In this document: positions 51,825 to 63,858 of the stretch, one piece after another
Layout: each line of letters starts with the position of its first letter
How positions within the stretch are numbered: position 1 is the stretch's first letter
Assembly: GCA_950097015.1 (NCBI GenBank)
Contig: CATNEN010000027.1
Span: 310,001-374,000 of the forward strand
DNA from: Macrostomum hystrix
Lineage: Eukaryota > Animalia > Platyhelminthes
Length of the DNA stretch: 64,000 bases
Reading direction: 5' to 3'
Notes under the pieces: model-generated
Told to the model about the DNA's origin: nothing
The model's input: the letters and a program-made list of their open reading frames with translations, nothing else
Databases searched by the model: none
Made by a program: the position numbers and the translations under genes

Positions 51825-52247
51825 CTGACAGCTCACAGTTTCACCAGGCTTGCCAGCTGACAAAGGGCAGGCGGCATGGCCCACTTCCCAGTCGGGCTCC
51901 GGAGCTGGCAGCGACTCAACTGAAATCGTCAGCCGCTTGTAAAGCTGCGGACACGCTTCAAACTCGTCCAGCTGGGCCAGCGCAGCCGAAGTCCGCACGC
52001 AGGCAATGTGTCCGAATATTCTATGGCCTAGACCCGGACGATTCAATAGAAACGGAATGTTGACCCGGCCGCTGATCACAAGTGGATAAGATTCTATAGT
52101 ACGGCCGCTACAAGCGTACACAACTGAGCCAGGCCCGCCGCCTGCATTCATCAGCACGTGCTGATTGGGCTCGCCAAATTTCAAAGTTCCATAGACAAAC
52201 AAATGCACTGGTAGTTGGATCGCTTTGTCAGCTGTGGCGACAGACAT
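51825..52247 (-). CDS. GGACT: Gamma-glutamylamine cyclotransferase, exon 1
   Basis: HLFVYGTLKFGEPN motif, YPLVI..NIPFLL..PG.G, LDEFE..P.LY.R; donor CAG|GTGCGA. Total 195 aa. Confidence 0.93.
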
Positions 52248-55200
52248 TGTACCTAGAAAGTGCAGACAAAAATATATATAACATTCGAACTTCCAATTTA
52301 CAGTTTTTTTGGAGAAGTAGACTGAATCATTACTATTTGCGATTTTAATCCTTAGATGTGATGACAGTAAAGATATATTTTATATAGCATAATTATTGTA
52401 GTTTAGCTCGAATAGCTCGTATATAACCAATGATACTTGTAAACTTTGCTGCAGGCATAAAATCATGGAAAGGTATCAACCAAAAAAATGATGCTTAAAA
52501 TAATTGAAGAAAAATTCATGGAAAGTTCGATAAACATTACTTTTCATATAAAGTTTATTTTAAAAAACATAAGCGACAAACGTAGTAAAATGAGTTGCAA
52601 ACGTATAGTAAAAATATTTTGAGTATAATTGATTTAATTGATAAATCATTTTATCTATTGTTCAGAGAAATTCCTTTTAGCCAACAAAAACTTAAAAGTA
52701 TTGCTAAATGCCCTTAAAGTTATATACTGGCTGACACTGCAATTAAGTAAAGTAAATAGATATATATATACTTTCATTCCAAGGTTTCAATGAGATTTGC
52801 ATGACAGCTATTTAAACGCCTCTGCTTGCTAAAATTGTTTTTTACCTGTTCACGACAAACCTACGACGCATAGGGTAGTTCGTAGAAACTTGAATATTTG
52901 AAAAGACAGATAGCACTCCTTAATAAAACAACACACTATAAAAGGGTTAATTTGTTAGATAAATGCGCTAAATATCGCGTTATATATCACGATCGCTGTA
53001 CTGTACTGAATCACGATATTGGGATAATATGTTTAGCAGTAGTACTGATAGTAATAAAATAAATGGCTCCCGAATGCCGATATTTCAGTGATAGCTGTAT
53101 AATTAAGCATGGACTTTTTAGACCAACGAGTAAAAACTTTTCAAATCAATTGACTGATAATAAGCAAAAAAACTTTATGTATCAGTCTAGCACACAACCT
53201 ATGTTAGAGAAGATGGGGTTTTTGGTTAGTAAGGAGTCTACCAAAAAGCACCTGAATTTCCACTCCAGCAGATAGGAATTGTAGGGCCAACATATTATCG
53301 CAAAAATGTTCTATAGCATTTTGATGGACAGTATATCATCGTCCGGCGTATTCGTTAACAATTAATTTGTGAGCAGGGAATTTTCAAGCATCTTTACTAT
53401 TGCGACAAGCACAGAACACAAAGAACATTTTTTCAAGTCATTGCAATGATGACAAAAAGTTAGCTTTAAATTTATTGAACTTAAATTTAAACTCTTAAAC
53501 TCTCATTAACATGAGCTTGCTTAGCAGCGGAACAGCTACTGTAATCATAGTTGCACAATGAAAGCCATTCAGCGCACTCCCTCACAATACTATCCAGAAT
53601 CTCATACAAAACCGCACCCAGGAAACCACACCGAACAGCAGACACCGTGCAGCAAAAATCCAACTATTGTGTTAGCGCATTTCGAAACTCTAAACGTAAT
53701 TTAATGTAGTTTAATATTTTAAGATATGAATCTTTAATTCATCTTTAATTTATAAATGTCCGAAACGCAGTCGCAAACGTTTTTACTTACGAGTATAATG
53801 ACAAAGATTTTATCTGATGCTTGTTTTACTTATTTCAAAATTTAAAATAAGATTTCGATCCTTAAAAAAATTTATTATTTTTTATAAAAACCCATTAACT
53901 AACTGCATTCATACTCTTATACTCCCAGCCACAAAGATAAGAAAGCAAAAAGTGTTAACATTTTCTTAAGTAGAACGCGCATGAACTAGTTACATGCGCA
54001 GCATTTTTTTCTGTTAGCAATAATTTTCCACAGCGTTAGGAATTACTGTTTTGTTAGTTTATTGCAATTGTAAAAAGAGGGTGTACGATTTTATAAATGC
54101 TATTGTGCATCCATTGATTTTTATGCATATAAAAATAAAAAACACAGGCAACAATATATGCGAATCATACACACGTTGTGTAATGTTTATAATGAATAGA
54201 ATAGGCCTATGCAAAAAGGGATAAGTGGCTATCCTATAAAATAGTTAGGTAAATTATTTCTATATTCTGTCTACAAAATATGAAAAAGTAAACAAGTAAA
54301 CAGCTTAACACATTTAGCAGCTAAGTTGTTTGTATTATTTGTTTCAACATGACAGAATTAAAATCCCAGCTGAACTAGGCCCTAGTGATGTAATGTTGAG
54401 ATATACTAAAATAGCATGACACTTGAAAAAATGTCTTAGCCTTGTCCAAAGTAGCTAGTACCCACTTTCAATTTTTAAGTAATAGCTATATTTTCCTAAA
54501 ATGATATTTGTCAGGTGATTCAAACATTTTTACTAATCATAATATTTATCTATTTTAAAATTGTTTTAGGCCCCTACTCAAAATATTTCACCAAAAAGCA
54601 TAGGTTCAACACAATAGTCTAGTATAAGTATAGGCATATTCATTAAAAATTACTTGCCCTTAGTTTTTATACATTTTTTACTGAGAGCTTGTGTACACGG
54701 CAGCCATTCATCCATTGTTTTTATTGCATGTACTGCAGCCATTCACCTAGTGTTGAAATGGATATACAACAGTTGTTCATCTAGTATTTTAATTATGTAC
54801 ATTGTTGATTTTCATTTTATAACTCATGGATAAAATGTTGTTGAAACTTAATATATACATGATTGTACAAAATGTCCATTATTAAAAAATGTAAGTTAAT
54901 GATGTTGCAAAATGTCAAAACATGTAATAGAATTTATTTTCTTGATTAAAGTGAATGTTTGTAGCAGCATTGATTAATTAGGCTTGGATCTTCTGTTAGC
55001 AACCAAGAACAAAATGCTTATTTTTCAATTGATTTTAATTGAGTTTAGTTTAGTTATTAAGGCTAGGTAAATTGATAGTAAAATTGACTTGGTAAGAGTT
55101 TAACCTTCCATAATTACTGTACAAAGACCACTAACAAGATTTCTTACTTCTCAATAACCAGAATAAACTACATTCAAATTAGCATCACTCAAATTGGGTT

Positions 55201-56249
55201 CACACTAAAACAAACTACATCACAATAAGATAATATTATCCAATAAATGATTATATAAAGCCATCTAGAGTGTGCCATGAACAAATATTTTTTGATAATT
55301 AAGTGTTTTAATACCAAATTAAATTATTAAATAGTGAATGGAATGTTTTCACAAGTCACTATAGGCCTAGTTTTTTATTTTCATATAGAATTTATGTTTT
55401 TAATGCTAAGAATCAAACTGACTAATACAATACATATTATATACTATTATAAGGTAGAAAGCCTTTTTAGTTTAAGAGATAGAATGGCAGTACTCAACTA
55501 GACTGAAGTTGAGGGGTTTAGAGTGCAGATCCACTAGTGTTGGCCAGTTGCGTATTGTCTGGCTGCTACAATTTCATGTATCTAGATGTCAGATTGTAAT
55601 ATGTCCTGTTTGCTGCTAATTTTAATTTTCAACTAATTAAGAAAGCACATTTAATGCTTTGCTTATCATTAAATATGTTGTTGTTGTTTATCCTCTTATT
55701 ATATAGGCCTAAAACCCTATGCTATAGCCTATTGTGCTTTCTCATGAATGTTTTAACTAACTATAGAATTAATAAATTGATTTGTAGTAGATCTGGCATT
55801 TGCTAAGCTATGCTAAAAAGTAAATTTAAAAGTGAATCATGTTTACTTTAAAAGTATACTTTTGTTTTCTCTTCTCAATAAAATTACTAGCAGCTTTACT
55901 AGTTACTTATAAATGATATATATTCTGCATACTTAGTTATCATTAGATTCCAGTACTTTATATTGGAATTTAATATTATTACATTATATAGATTCCTATT
56001 GTCATTTAAATTTTTGGTTTTCAAAGGCTTCACATTTAATAAGTAGCTTTTTATGTTTTCTAATTTTCGTTTTCAGTGTTCACCATCCTTGACAAGCTAA
56101 TTAAGGAGTGCCTCAATGGCAGTAAAAAATCTGAAAGTGATATTCTTGTCATAAAATTTTGTAATATACATGCACTGTGCTCTCTTTGTATAATTGATAT
56201 TAGAACTTGGTACATTACTCTTTGTTCCAGCTAGAGCTGATTTAGCAAA

Positions 56250-56515
56250 ATGGTTCACCAGCGCCTGACTCTGCGGCGACGCCTGTCCTACAATACAAAG
56301 TCTAACAGGCGTACAGTGTCCAAGACTCCCGGAGGTCGTCTGGTCTATTTGTACCGCAAGAAGCCGGGTGCTGTGCCAAAGTGCGGCGACTGCAAGGTCA
56401 AACTGCACGGCATCACGCCCAGCCGGCCTATGGAGCGTTGCGGCATGTCAAAGCGGCTTAAGACTGTTAATAGGGCCTATGGCGGCTCGCGCTGTCATCG
56501 TTGCGTCACTGAGCG
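56250..56515 (+). CDS. RPL34: 60S ribosomal protein eL34, exon 1
   Basis: MVHQRLTLRRRLSYNTKSN..KTPGGRLVYLY..KCGDC..RAYGGSRCHRCV; donor CG|GTAAGC. Confidence 0.98.
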
Positions 56516-56704
56516 GTAAGCTTTTGCTAGATCTGTTGCTTGAGGAACATCCGTTTGAATCTTAAGGTTTGAGCACAATCCGTTATAATCCTCGAGTTTT
56601 CAAACGCAGTGGTTTGCAAAAAAGATTATCTGTTATTCGCCTACTTTAAGTAGGCTACTTTGTGTTGTTTTTATTAATTATATACGCTTTTCCTCGCTTT
56701 TTAG

Positions 56705-56783
56705 CATCGTCCGCGCCTTCCTAGTTGAGGAGCAGAAGATCGTTCAGAAGGTGATGCGCGCCAAGGCCAAGTCTGCGGAGTGA
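56705..56783 (+). CDS. RPL34: 60S ribosomal protein eL34, exon 2
   Basis: Acceptor ttttAG|C, phase 2; IVRAFLVEEQKIVQKV. Confidence 0.97.
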
Positions 56784-56892
56784 ATATCGCGCTAGGATCC
56801 AGCTAACTGTTACTAAACTGATGGAGCTGCAAAATTTGTGAAATTTATAATTTGCGCTAAGTGAGGGCCGCATCAGATGGTCAGAGTGAGCT

Positions 56893-56898
56893 AATAAA
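56893..56898 (+). promoter_or_regulatory. Probable RPL34 polyadenylation signal AATAAA
   Basis: About 110 nt after the stop, followed by a T-rich tract. Confidence 0.6.
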
Positions 56899-57029
56899 TG
56901 CGAGTTCCAGCCATTTTCTGCCGCGTCAGTTGCAAGGCTATTTGGATTCAGAAAAATTGTAAAACCTTACGTTGTCTTTACTATTTTCTCATTTATATTT
57001 TCGTTATTTATATAGTTTTAGGGTCAAGA

Positions 57030-60000
57030 TTTGATTTTGATTGGTCATTTCCCGATCCCTAGTATTTTGATTGGTCATTCCCATTCCCTAGTATTTTGAC
57101 TGGTCATTTCCCATTCCCTAGTATTTTGATTGGTCATTCCCATTCCCTAGTATTTTGATTGGTCATTTCCCATTCCCTAGTATTTTGATTGGTCATTTCC
57201 CGTTCTCTAGTATTTTGATTGGTCATTTCCCGTTCTCTAGTATTTTGACTGGTCATTTCCCATTCCCTAGTATTTTGATTGGTCATTTCCCGTTCTCTAG
57301 TATTTTGATTGGTCATTTCCCATTCCCTAGTATTTTGATTGGTCATTTCCCATTCTCTAGTATTTTGATTGGTCATTTCCCGATCCCTAGTATTTTGATT
57401 GGTCATTTCCCGATCTCTAGTATTTTTACTGGTCATTTCCCATTCCCTAGTATTTTGATTGGTCATTTCCCATTCCCTAGTATTTTTACTGGTCATTTCC
57501 CGATCCCTAGTATTTTGATTGGTCATTTCCCATTCCCTAGTATTTTTACTGGTCATTTCCCATTCCCTAGTATTTTGATTGGTCATTTCCCATTCCCTAG
57601 TATTTTGACTGGTCATTTCCCATTCTCTAGTATTTTGATTGGTTATTTCCCATTCCCTAGTATTTTGATTGGTCATTTCCCGATCCCTAGTATTTTGATT
57701 GGTCATTTCCCATTCCCTAGTATTTTAATTGGTCATTTCCCATTCCCTAGTATTTTGACTGGTCATTTCCCATTCCCTAGTATTTTGATTGGTCATTTCC
57801 CATTCCCTAGTATTTTGATTGGTCATTTCCCATTCCCTAGTATTTTGATTGGTCATTTCCCGATCCCTAGTATTTTGATTGGTCATTTCCCATTCCCTAG
57901 TATTTTGATTGGTCATTTCCCGATCCCTAGTATTTTGATTGGTCATTTCCCATTCCCTAGTATTTTGATTGGTCATTTCCCATTCCCTAGTATTTTTACT
58001 GGTCATTTCCCATTCCCTAGTATTTTGATTGGTCATTTCCCATTCCCTAGTATTTTTACTGGTCATTTCCCATTCTCTAGTATTTTGATTGGTTATTTCC
58101 CATTCCCTAGTATTTTGATTGGTCATTTCCCATTCCCTAGTATTTTGATTGGTCATTTCCCGATCCCTAGTATTTTTACTGGTCATTTCCCGATCCCTAG
58201 TATTTTGATTGGTCATTTCCCATTCCCTAGTATTTTTACTGGTCATTTCCCATTCCCTAGTATTTTGATTGGTCATTTCCCATTCCCTAGTATTTTGACT
58301 GGTCATTTCCCATTCTCTAGTATTTTGATTGGTTATTTCCCATTCCCTAGTATTTTGATTGGTCATTTCCCGATCCCTAGTATTTTGATTGGTCATTTCC
58401 CATTCCCTAGTATTTTGACTGGTCATTTCCCATTCCCTAGTATTTTGACTGGTCATTTCCCATTCCCTAGTATTTTAATTGGTCATTTCCCATTCCCTAG
58501 TATTTTGACTGGTCATTTCCCATTCCCTAGTATTTTGATTGGTCATTTCCCATTCTCTAGTATTTTGATTGGTCATTTCCCATTCCCTAGTATTTTGATT
58601 GGTTATTTTCCGATCCCTAGTATTTTGATTGGTCATTTCCCATTCCCTAGTATTTTTACTGGTCATTTCCCGATCCCTAGTATTTTGATTGGTCATTTCC
58701 CATTCCCTAGTATTTTTACTGGTCATTTCCCATTCCCTAGTATTTTGATTCGTCATTTCCCATTCCCTAGTATTTTGACTGGTCATTTCCCATTCTCTAG
58801 TATTTTGATTGGTTATTTCCCATTCCCTAGTATTTTGATTGGTCATTTCCCGATCCCTAGTATTTTGATTGGTCATTTCCCATTCCCTAGTATTTTGATT
58901 GGTCATTTCCCATTCCCTAGTATTTTGACTGGTTATTTCCCATTCTCTAGTATTTTGACTGGTCATTTCCCATTCCCTAGTATTTTAATTGGTCATTTCC
59001 CATTCCCTAGTATTTTGACTGGTCATTTCCCATTCCCTAGTATTTTGACTGGTCATTTCCCATTCCCTAGTATTTTGACTGGTTATTTCCCATTCTCTAG
59101 TATTTTGACTGGTCATTTCCCATTCCCTAGTATTTTAATTGGTCATTTCCCATTCCCTAGTATTTTGACTGGTCATTTCCCATTCCCTAGTATTTTGACT
59201 GGTCATTTCCCATTCCCTAGTATTTTGACTGGTTATTTCCCATTCTCTAGTATTTTGACTGGTCATTTCCCATTCCCTAGTATTTTAATTGGTCATTTCC
59301 CATTCCCTAGTATTTTGACTGGTCATTTCCCATTCCCTAGTATTTTGACTGGTCATTTCCCGATCCCTAGTATTTTGACTGGTCATTTCCCGATCCCTAG
59401 TATTTTGATTGGTCATTTCCCGATCCCTAGTATTTTGATTGGTTATTTCCCATTCCCTAGTATTTTGATTGGTCATTTCCCATTCTCTAGTATTTTGATT
59501 GGTCATTTCCCATTCCCTAGTATTTGGACTGGTCATTTCCCGATCCCTAGTTTTTTGATTGGTCAATTCCCGATCCCTAGTATTTTGATTGGTTATTTCC
59601 CATTCCCTAGTATTTTGATTAGTCATTTCCCATTCACTAGTATTTTGACTGGTCATTTCCCGATCCCTAGTATTTTGATTGGTCATTTCCCGATCCCTAG
59701 TATTTTGATTGGTCATTTCCGATTCCCTAGTATTTTGATTGGTCATTTCCCATTCCCTAGTATTTTGATTGGTCATTTCCCATTCCCTAGTATTTTGATT
59801 GGTCATTTCCCGATCCCTAGTATTTTGATTTGTCATTTCCCATTCTCTAGTTATTTGATTGGTCATTTCCCGATCCCTAGTATTTTGATTTGTCATTTCC
59901 CATTCTCTAGTATTTTGATTGGTCATTTCCCGATCCCTAGTATTTTGATTGGTCATTTCCCGATCTCTAGTATTTTGACTGGTCATTTCCGATTCCCTAG

Positions 60001-60352
60001 TATTTTGATTGGTCATTTCCCATTTCCTAGTATTTTGACTGGTCATTTCCGATTCCCTAGTATTTTGATTGGTCATTTCCCGATCCCTAGTATTTTGATT
60101 GGTCATTTCCCATTCCCTAGTATTTTGATTGGTCATTTCCCGATCCCTAGTATTTTGACTGGTCATTTCCCATTCCCTAGTATTTTGATTGGTCATTTCC
60201 CCTTTCCTAGTATTTTGATTGGTCATTTCCCGATCCCTAGTACTTTAATTGGTCATTTCCCATTCCCTAGTATTTTGATTGGTCATTTCCCCTTCCCTAG
60301 TATTTTGATTGGTCATTTCCCCTTCCCTAGTATTTTGATTGGTCATTTCCCA
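57030..60352. repeat. 3.3-kb 30-bp minisatellite TATTTTGATTGGTCATTTCCCATTCCCTAG (~110 copies)
   Basis: Exact 30-bp register over most of the array. Confidence 0.99.
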
Positions 60353-60602
60353 TCTCTTTTATAAGTATTTGGAAGGTTAAACGTTATCAGTAAAACAAAA
60401 ATACTTAAACTAGTGCAGTTAAACAAAAAACCTTTGTTAATCTTCAGCCACAGCTTCCACTAACACCTTCCTAAAGCGGAATATCATTCATTGAAACAAA
60501 AATTTGAAATCAAATCACCTGACAAAGTAGTTGAGAAGAAGTTAGTCGTATTCACGATACTCTTGATTGTTTGGCGAGCCCATTAAAGAATAACAGGAAA
60601 AC

Positions 60603-61199
60603 ATGTCAGTTGATGGAGCTTTTACCAACGTAAGTCAGCAGCAGCAGCAGCAGGTGCCAATGCAAGGCGGAAATCGGCCGAATCGAATGACTAATCAGTT
60701 GCACTATTATCAGCAGCCGCAGCACAGCGCCATGAGCAATCGTCAGGCTCTGCACTCGCCGTCTCCACCGCCGTCGCAGCTTCATCAGCAGCCAAACAGG
60801 CCGCAGAATTCTTCGTTAGCATTGTCAGCCGAGCCATACTATCCGGCTGGCTCCATTGTTGAATTGAAGCGTCAAACTGGTGAACAGATTCGCAATGCCG
60901 AAGTCCTGCTGCACGATCCGATCGGTAATTGTATCATTGTGAAACTGCCAGCCCAGAGTGGCCGTCGGGAGGTTTGCGATATCAAATACTTTAACTTGGC
61001 TTTCGCCGAGGTTAGTCCGATGTCTATTTCCGAAGCCGCTTCGTCTATACCGGAGCTAGACGTTAGTAAAGTTGAAGGTCGGCTCAATCGGAACATTGAA
61101 TTGACAGCCAGAACGCAGAATAGAGGCGCGGCAACAGCAGCAGCAACGCCAGCAGCAACTACTACACCAGCCGCTCCTTCTTCGAGGCCAACAGCTTAA
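60603..61199 (+). CDS. LSM12: LSM12-like protein: Q-rich N-terminal extension plus Lsm domain, no C-terminal AD domain
   Basis: YYPAGSIVEL..GEQIRNAEVLLHD..IIVKLPAQSGR..CDIKYFNL..LDVSKV matches LSM12 (YFSVGSQVSC..EQRLQGEVVAFD..LALKCPSSSGK..ADILLINL..LNVSKL). Single exon. Confidence 0.8.
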   Translation: MSVDGAFTNVSQQQQQQVPMQGGNRPNRMTNQLHYYQQPQHSAMSNRQALHSPSPPPSQLHQQPNRPQNSSLALSAEPYYPAGSIVELKRQTGEQIRNAEVLLHDPIGNCIIVKLPAQSGRREVCDIKYFNLAFAEVSPMSISEAASSIPELDVSKVEGRLNRNIELTARTQNRGAATAAATPAATTTPAAPSSRPTA

Positions 61200-62817
61200 T
61201 AGTTGAAGAACTTACTCGACGCTAATTTTCGTTCTCCTCCTCGTTTGGTGTTTTTGCTACCCGTGTGCCTACTAAGTATAGATTGCAGCTCTTGGCTGAT
61301 TAATCAAATCTCATGTGGGTCTAGTGTATGATCATTCAGTTTTTATAATATATAAAGTTGAGTTTATTTCCTACCAGAGAAAAGCACTTTCTGTAAGTAA
61401 ACTAGTTTATTTAAAAGTGCATAAATATGAAGTATAATTTTCCATTATCATTGGGTACTTAACTTTGCAATTCGTTTAGTTTGCTGGTCTCTGTGCAATC
61501 ATTTTTGCTATTATAACTTAATAACAGTAGTAATGTTTTTGGCAGCGCCTGAATGCCCACAGCGTTGGGTGGTGACTGATTGGCTGACAGACTACGCGAT
61601 GGTGTCCTGTGGTTGAGCTGCGCCTAATATTTAGGCTTGATCAGTGAAATTCTCGTCAGGGTGTCCATAGTGGCCTATTTCCACCTGTTGTAGCCCTTGA
61701 AGTCCAGCAAATTCGTCTGGATAAAGGTAGGAGACCACCGAAGAAGCAGATGATGCAGGCACATTCGGGTGACATGCTGATAAATTTTGAAGGCCTGGCA
61801 AGGCCTGAGGCGCAGTGCTAATTCGTGTATAGGGGTGTATAAAATACACTAGCGCTTATGAGAAAAATCCGACCTTCGGCCAGAAACATTGAATATCTTG
61901 ACGGTCTGAAGAGCTGGCGACTTGATTATTGTTTCAGAAGATGCGCAACAAAATTTGGCCCGTGTTGTTGAGTTTCGTGTGCTCGCGTTGCTCCTTACGG
62001 GTGCAGCAAAAAAATTCCCCCTGGTTGTTCTACTGTTAAAAATTATCAATGAAGATGGCTTTTAAAATTGCTGCTGCCGTTGGCCATTGTCCTGTTTACC
62101 CAGAGTTTGCAAAAAAAGTCTTTCTTCGACAGCTATAATGTTCTCAATTAATAATTCAGTTTTTGGTTGTAGCTTACTGTTCGATTAGTGGCATTGAAGC
62201 AGCAAAACTGCAAAATAGTATTCACCGTTGCTGAGGTTTTTGAGTAAAACAATTGTCTTAAGAATCAAAGCGCATAATTAAAACTATACTGAAATATACA
62301 GGTGCCTTCATAAGCTTTGGCATCTTGATCTGTTTTCTCTATATTTGTAGGTATTAATGAAAAAAATTATTAATTTCCTTTGTTCGACTGATTTCCATTG
62401 AGTTTGTTAGTTGTGACTACTGTTTCCGGATAATAATGTACAAATAAAAAATTCCGCTGTAATTCGAAATGTTTCTGGTCCATGGACAGTTGCTAGTACC
62501 AAGTAGAACTCGGTTTTAGGACCGAAATCAATAGTGTTCTAAAGGAACTTTTATAAAGTAAACCAATAGTATTATTTGTTGGAGTTTCTTCAAGCAAATA
62601 CATATAGAAACATTGGGTGTTGTCAGCACACGCTACTTTGTAACTTTCTCCTGTTTTGTAAATAGTTTCTTCTTCTTTTTTGTACTTAATTCAACAAATT
62701 TACTATTTATTAAAGCAACAAGTTCATAATCGGCAGATTTTGTTAAAGAAAATAACACCTATTTGCTGGCCCTTGTCTCTTACAGTGACTGGTCCTGCTT
62801 AATTCCATGAGTCAGCT

Positions 62818-62852
62818 ATGGTCACTTTAGACGATTTACGAAAGAAAGGCTG
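62818..62852 (+). CDS. TDRD3: Tudor domain-containing protein 3, exon 1
   Basis: MVTLDDLRKKG(W), donor TG|GTTAGT; completes Trp of the conserved GW(Y/H)LS motif. Confidence 0.8.
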
Positions 62853-62947
62853 GTTAGTGGCTTATGAATATTACTTTTGTTCTCCGGTTAATTAATCCAT
62901 GTTGAACTCTTGGCTAATTGATAATTAATTACCGATGCTTTGCACAG

Positions 62948-63038
62948 GCACCTTAGCCAAGAGGGTCTTCAATACTGCATCGACAAGCTGGATGGAAAAG
63001 CGACCAATGTGGACAATGTGATCCAGGTGGCTCTCAAT
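62948..63038 (+). CDS. TDRD3: TDRD3 exon 2
   Basis: HLSQEGLQYC..VDNVIQVALN|GTAAGT, compare human YLSDEGIEAC..VNDIILIALN. Confidence 0.9.
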
Positions 63039-63154
63039 GTAAGTCGGTTATTCTTTATTAACAGGTCATTCTTTAGCCTATATTTAGATATTATAGATCT
63101 ATATTTAGAACTCCGTGATGACTCAATAGTAAAATCCTACCGTGCTCGATGCAG

Positions 63155-63322
63155 ACTGACCTGAAGGACATTGGAGACACAGCCCTGCCCACGACTGGCC
63201 GTCTGGACGCCTTCCCGTCTGGCACTGGTGGCTCAAGCTACGTGATGCAGGTGCAACGCGTTCGCAATGTATCAGCGCCCAAGGACAATGAGGATAGTGG
63301 AACTGCTCCTCCTTTGCTTAAG
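63155..63322 (+). CDS. TDRD3: TDRD3 exon 3 (RMI1-like OB fold)
   Basis: TDLKDIG..VMQVQRVRNVSAPKDNEDS..PPLLK|GTAAGT, compare TDLRTIG..VLQIQKIRNVAAPKDNEES..PRMLR. Confidence 0.94.
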
Positions 63323-63524
63323 GTAAGTGTAAATTTACTTCTCGCACTACTAATAATCCTTTTAGTAGTACACAAAGAACATTCTCCATGAGAAGTTTTT
63401 TTTTTTCAAAAAAATTTTGGGCAAGATCCTTAGTAGAGAACAGTGACTTTTAAGTCCTTAGCAAGTAGGCAAAAATATAAATGATTGCACCTGCCCCGAT
63501 GGATGTGCTGACATCCGCATTGAT

Positions 63525-63700
63525 TTGCAGCCAACAGCACATCCGCAGCTGAAGGTTGCGTACGGCTGTTCAGTCCATGGACTGGGGGGACGCCACACCC
63601 ACCCTCAATTACCCCAGTGAATTCTGGTACGGCCCTTTTAACAGCTGGGTGAACTGAAGCAATGCAGAGTTGCTTGCTAAATAACACAATGCTACAACCC
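63525..63700 (-). mobile_element. CORE-like SINE, family B, copy 2 (5'-truncated or diverged) in TDRD3 intron 3
   Basis: Reverse complement shares AACTCTGCATTGCTTCAGTTCACCCAGCTGTTAAA and GAGGGTGGGTGTGGCGTCCCCC..CAGTCCATGGACTGAA with 9510-9680. Confidence 0.82.
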
Positions 63701-63858
63701 CTGTTGCATGCTATAGTGAAAATACTAGATGGCATCCTTATCTCATCCCTTTGATCTACCCTCAATCCTCTCCTCCCCTTGCAATCTCCTCCCTCCTCTC
63801 CCTCACTCCCCTCCGCTCTGCTCATCTTGAAGCGTACTATTAAAACAACGAACTGCAG

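Noticed and set aside
53063-53400. Possible decayed reverse-transcriptase or transposase remnant (LEKMGFLVSKE)
   Set aside because: Resemblance limited to a few residues, with multiple stops; cannot be supported without a profile search.
56516-56704. Intronic snoRNA in RPL34
   Set aside because: No paired C/D boxes or H/ACA hairpin architecture seen.
57155-60364. 1069-aa CDS
   Set aside because: 30-bp tandem array, no ATG start, and variants mostly non-synonymous.
61631-62049. Two abutting short minus-strand ORFs
   Set aside because: No homology, no codon bias and no splice structure; they do not encode the missing LSM12 AD domain.
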